In this document: positions 8,364-10,905 of the stretch, piece after piece
Numbering within the stretch: the first letter of the stretch is position 1
How the letters are laid out: each line of letters begins with the position of its first letter
Assembly (NCBI GenBank): GCA_037443265.1
Contig: JBBIOR010000016.1
Coordinates: 5,702-16,606 of the forward strand
Direction of reading: 5' to 3'
Length of the DNA stretch: 10,905 nt
Source: Candidatus Fraserbacteria bacterium
GTDB taxonomy: Bacteria > Bipolaricaulota > Bipolaricaulia > RBG-16-55-9
The notes under the pieces: generated by a model
The model's input: only the letters and a program-made list of their open reading frames with translations
The model's database searches: none
Told to the model about the DNA's origin: nothing
Translations under genes and position numbers: made by a program

Positions 8364-8789
8364 CTAAGCGGGCTTCTTCTCCGCGGACATCTGTTCAGCG
8401 ATGAAGCGCACTTTATGGGCGTAGCGCCCGTTGAGGTACAAGCGGAACTCGTACATTCCAGGCGTAGGGATATCGATGGGGGGCAAGGGGATCCCCAACT
8501 CCACCGTGGTGTGGCGCTTGCTCGACTGCAGCGTGCCCGTGACTTGCCCCAGAACCTTGTCCTCATCGACCTTGACGTATTCCACGCGGATGTCGCAGTC
8601 GCCTTGGGCATCGAAGAGACGGATATAGAGGGCCGCGGGCGCGTGCTTGGCTGGAAACTTAGAGACCCAGATGCGATCGAAGACGCCCACCAGAGTCTTC
8701 TTCTTTGTAGTCTCATCGGTGATCACTTGATCGCAGAGCAAGAGGGTTTCGGTGATCGGGGGTATGGAAGCTTCCGCTGGTTCTGACAT
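8364..8789 (-). CDS. Hypothetical beta-rich protein, probable DUF6941 family
   Basis: 141 aa. LLCDQV...KKTLVGVFDRI...FPA.H near the N-terminus and PGMYEFRLYLNG near the C-terminus match the DUF6941-like pattern as I recall it. Converges with the M42 gene across a 6-nt gap. Confidence 0.7.
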   Translation of the reverse strand: MSEPAEASIPPITETLLLCDQVITDETTKKKTLVGVFDRIWVSKFPAKHAPAALYIRLFDAQGDCDIRVEYVKVDEDKVLGQVTGTLQSSKRHTTVELGIPLPPIDIPTPGMYEFRLYLNGRYAHKVRFIAEQMSAEKKPA

Positions 8790-8796
8790 GTTGATC

Positions 8797-8829
8797 TCAG
8801 TCCCCCTTGAAATTCTTGCTAGTCGTCAT
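8797..8829 (-). other. 10-codon mini-ORF (MTTSKNFKGD*) with strong RBS
   Basis: GGGAGG (8842-8837), 7-nt spacer, ATG (8829-8827). The TGA at 8799-8797 ends 7 nt before the DUF6941-like start. Confidence 0.4.
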
Positions 8830-8858
8830 CTGAGCGCCTCCCGTCTTCGAGAGTCTAC

Positions 8859-9005
8859 TCAATCCTGGGCGATCTGCACAAGTCGAGCTTCCGCCAGAGA
8901 GTACAGCGCATCGATCTCCTGTTGGATCTCAAGAGTGCGCTGAAGGGCCGTCACGATGCGGCAGTACGCCTTGATCTCCTCTAGAGGGCGTCCAAGACGC
9001 TTCGT
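8859..9005 (-). pseudogene. C-terminal remnant resembling a Type ISP restriction-modification / N-6 DNA methylase enzyme
   Basis: Translates as TKRLGRPLEEIKAYCRIVTALQRTLEIQQEIDALYSLAEARLVQIAQD*. The frame is closed upstream by TAG at 9017-9015 and has no ATG. It resembles the recalled terminal helix pattern 'L.xEI.xYxxIvtAlxxTixiqxeID' of Type ISP C-terminal specificity domains. Confidence 0.6.
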
Positions 9006-9006
9006 C

Positions 9007-9450
9007 TCAGATCGCTATGCTCTTTAAGACTCGCTGCAACTCCTGGAGCGAGCTCTCGCGAATCTTGGCGGATTGCTTCTTCTGTGCCGGATGTGAGAGT
9101 CCAGCGCACTCGGGTCCGCAGACGGGGCGCGTCCGCCGCGCCAGCTTCGAGACCAACTTCACCAACGATGGGTAGACGTAAAACGCGAGCCTAGCCAACC
9201 AGCGCGGCAATGAGAGTGTTTCAGTGATGCGCTGGGCCGCCTCCGCACCCCAACTCACTTCTTTAGGCTCAAAGAGATACATCGCAAATCCATAGCTCTC
9301 TCCAAACTGAGCTCGCAGCAGCACCTGAGATTTTGGGTCAGCGAAAGGAATCACAGCGATTTCTGTGTGACGATCCAACGTGCGAACCAGCTGCACAAAG
9401 CTGCGACAGTACGCACACTCGCCATCGTAGATTAAAAGCTTCTCAGCCAT
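9007..9450 (-). CDS. DCC1-like (DUF393) thiol-disulfide oxidoreductase family protein
   Basis: 147 aa. N-terminal LLIYDGECAYC is the DxxCxxC signature. Typical GAEA and 'YxxVSK' segments follow. An additional C-terminal CGPEC is present. Confidence 0.85.
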   Translation of the reverse strand: MAEKLLIYDGECAYCRSFVQLVRTLDRHTEIAVIPFADPKSQVLLRAQFGESYGFAMYLFEPKEVSWGAEAAQRITETLSLPRWLARLAFYVYPSLVKLVSKLARRTRPVCGPECAGLSHPAQKKQSAKIRESSLQELQRVLKSIAI

Positions 9451-10115
9451 GGCGCTGCCCGTTTCGAGCGCTTAACGCCCTTTCGACGAATCAGATACGT
9501 GCACGTCCGGTCGCCCCGCATGATATGCGTCTTGCGGGTGATCTCCGCGTCGTCGAGGACCCTCCGAAAGAGCTCCAGTTCAGAACTGCACGCCTGGGAA
9601 AAGCGGCGTGCAATAAGACAAATAGAGCAGTTATGCTCGCGCAGCAAGAACGTGTCCTCATCGAGCCTTTCACAACTGGCCATGTAGCCCTCTTCGGTTC
9701 GGATCTGGGCCAGCTCTTTCACCCGCTCTTCCAGAGTTTTTTCCGCCATGCGCGCGCGGTACTCTTCTTCCAGCAAGTGCATGCGCTTCTGGAAGACCCT
9801 CTCGAGGCCGTGGTCGCCTTCGAGGGCCCGCAGGGCCTCAAGCAGACTATTGGCCATCTGAGGATACGTGCGCGGGAAGAGTTCATCGCCAGCGTCCGTC
9901 AATGAATACACATGGCTAGGGCGACCCATGCGCCGCTGTTCCGTCTTGTATTGAATGAGCCCGTCCCGTTCGAGAGTGGTAAGATGCCCGCGCACGCCCA
10001 TGGATGTGATACTCAATGCTTTCGCCAACTGATCCGCCGTCATCGGGCCTTGGAGCTTCAAAAGCTCCAAGATCCGGCGGCGGGTCTGCGGCTTGACCTG
10101 TCCTAGAGCCCTCAT
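9432..10115 (-). CDS. SufR-like (COG2345-type) HTH transcriptional regulator with Cys-containing sensor domain
   Basis: N-terminal wHTH (TRRRILELLK...TADQLAKALSITSMGVRGHLTTLERDGLI...GRPSHVYSLT). C-terminal EHNC-x12-C-x28-C. Start moved from 10136 to the ATG at 10115 (227 aa), which has a GGAGG RBS 5 nt upstream. The 10136 ATG lies inside the predicted -10 box. Confidence 0.88.
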   Translation of the reverse strand: MRALGQVKPQTRRRILELLKLQGPMTADQLAKALSITSMGVRGHLTTLERDGLIQYKTEQRRMGRPSHVYSLTDAGDELFPRTYPQMANSLLEALRALEGDHGLERVFQKRMHLLEEEYRARMAEKTLEERVKELAQIRTEEGYMASCERLDEDTFLLREHNCSICLIARRFSQACSSELELFRRVLDDAEITRKTHIMRGDRTCTYLIRRKGVKRSKRAAPWLRSF

Positions 10116-10134
10116 GGAGACCTCCAAGTGGCTC

Positions 10135-10162
10135 ATTATAGCATAGACGATCCCATTGGCAA
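10135..10162 (-). promoter_or_regulatory. Predicted sigma70 promoter (extended -10) for the regulator-DCC operon
   Basis: Minus strand TTGCCA (10162-10157), 16-nt spacer ending in TGC, TATAAT (10140-10135). Confidence 0.75.
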
Positions 10163-10180
10163 AATTAATAAATTATATAA

Positions 10181-10209
10181 TTGACAAACTAGGCTTTCTA
10201 TGCTATAGT
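10181..10209 (+). promoter_or_regulatory. Predicted near-consensus sigma70 promoter (extended -10) for the FMN reductase operon
   Basis: TTGACA (10181-10186), 17-nt spacer ending in TGC, TATAGT (10204-10209). An AT-only tract at 10161-10182 could serve as an UP element. Confidence 0.85.
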
Positions 10210-10239
10210 GATCCCAACGCCACAGAGAGGTTGAGATTC

Positions 10240-10854
10240 GTGGGGGAGCCGCAGCCGTCGAAGAGCCATTCTACTACGAAGACCCGCGTGCTCGGACTCG
10301 GTGGCAGCCTGCGGGAGGAATCGCGCACATTAAGGGCGCTGCAGATCGCGCTCGAAGGTGCAGCCCAAACGGGCGCCTGTACACACCTGCTCGCGCTTAA
10401 GATGTTGGCGCTGCCGCTGTACGACGATCGCTCCAAGATCGAGACGTATCCGGAGCCGGTCTTTAAGCTGCTGGAAGAAGTGCGCCGGACGGACGGCTTG
10501 ATTCTGGCCACTCCGGTCTACCATGGCACGCTGAGCGGAGCGATGAAGAACGCGCTCGACTTTTTTGAGCTCTTAGCGAACGAGGAACCTCCGTGGCTGG
10601 AGGGCAAGGTCGTAGGATTGATCAGCGTAGCCGGGGGCAGCTCGGGCATCAATGCGATCAACAGCATGATCTATGCCTGTCGGGCGCTTCGGGCTTGGGT
10701 GCTGCCCACGGCGGTGGCCGTGCCGGGTGATGTGTTCAATGAAGATGGCCAGTTGAGCAATACGAACATTATCGAGCGGCTGAAGAAGCTGGGCCAAGAG
10801 ACGGCGCAGTACGCGGCGATCCTAAGAAGGGGAGGCGAGCTGCATGGGCTATAA
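10240..10854 (+). CDS. NAD(P)H-dependent FMN reductase (flavodoxin-like, FMN_red/SsuE family)
   Basis: Motifs GGSLREESRT, ATPVYHGTLSGAMKNALD and GKVVGLISVAGG. The start is probably the GTG at 10240 (AGAGAGG at 10224-10230; 204 aa), because the ORF-track start at 10156 is upstream of the gene's own predicted promoter. Confidence 0.92.
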   Translation: MGEPQPSKSHSTTKTRVLGLGGSLREESRTLRALQIALEGAAQTGACTHLLALKMLALPLYDDRSKIETYPEPVFKLLEEVRRTDGLILATPVYHGTLSGAMKNALDFFELLANEEPPWLEGKVVGLISVAGGSSGINAINSMIYACRALRAWVLPTAVAVPGDVFNEDGQLSNTNIIERLKKLGQETAQYAAILRRGGELHGL

Positions 10855-10905
10855 GCACTCGTGTCTGCTCTACATCGGCACGGAAGACGGGATGTTCGTC
10901 TTTCG
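10844..10905 (+). CDS. N-terminus of a downstream gene (partial), possibly a BNR/WD40/YVTN-type beta-propeller protein
   Basis: GGAGG at 10831-10835 and ATG at 10844, overlapping the reductase end by 11 nt. Reads MGYKHSCLLYIGTEDGMFVF..., which contains the 'LYxGTxxGxF' blade pattern. Only 20 codons are visible. Confidence 0.6.
   Translation, partial: MGYKHSCLLYIGTEDGMFVF

Noticed and set aside
8359..8375. Hairpin AGGCCC-TAAGC-GGGCTT at the M42/DUF6941-like convergence as a terminator
   Set aside because: The stem is short and there is no U-tract on either strand, so it is too weak to call.
8988..9000. GCGTC-CAA-GACGC hairpin just after the DCC stop codon
   Set aside because: Only 5 bp with no U-tract; compatible with chance.
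9333..9905. 190-aa plus-strand ORF
   Set aside because: Antisense to the regulator and DCC genes, with no motifs or RBS.
10116..10136. Regulator start at ATG 10136
   Set aside because: This ATG overlaps the TATAAT box. The ATG at 10115 has a well-placed GGAGG.
10156..10239. 28-aa N-terminal extension of the FMN reductase (MAKLINYIIDKLG...)
   Set aside because: It is the translation of the AT-rich promoter region. The TTG lies upstream of the predicted TTGACA/TATAGT promoter and has no RBS.
1..10905. CRISPR arrays, tRNA/rRNA genes, IS elements, selenocysteine or other stop-codon recoding
   Set aside because: I saw no regularly spaced repeats, cloverleaf signatures, transposase motifs, terminal inverted repeats or in-frame TGA at Cys-motif positions by eye. 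A covariance-model scan would be needed to exclude small ncRNAs.

Overview
A moderately GC-rich bacterial window of mostly housekeeping genes. In order: the 3' end of an unidentified gene, a universal stress protein, a heterodimeric MdlA/MdlB (BmrCD/TM287-288-like) ABC exporter pair, alanine--tRNA ligase (alaS), a divergent M42 aminopeptidase and a probable DUF6941-type protein. At the right end is a redox module: a SufR-like three-Cys HTH regulator and a DCC (DUF393) thiol-disulfide protein lie divergent from an NAD(P)H-dependent FMN reductase and the start of a probable beta-propeller protein. That module is driven by a nearly mirror-symmetric bidirectional sigma70 promoter. Two gaps not explained by the ORF track look like gene scars. 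At 571-811 an MFS transporter appears collapsed into four collinear fragments in three frames. At 8859-9005 lies a start-less C-terminal remnant resembling Type ISP restriction-modification enzymes, followed by a 10-codon ORF with a strong RBS. No tRNA, rRNA, CRISPR array or transposase was seen. All family calls come from motif recognition, not database searches.
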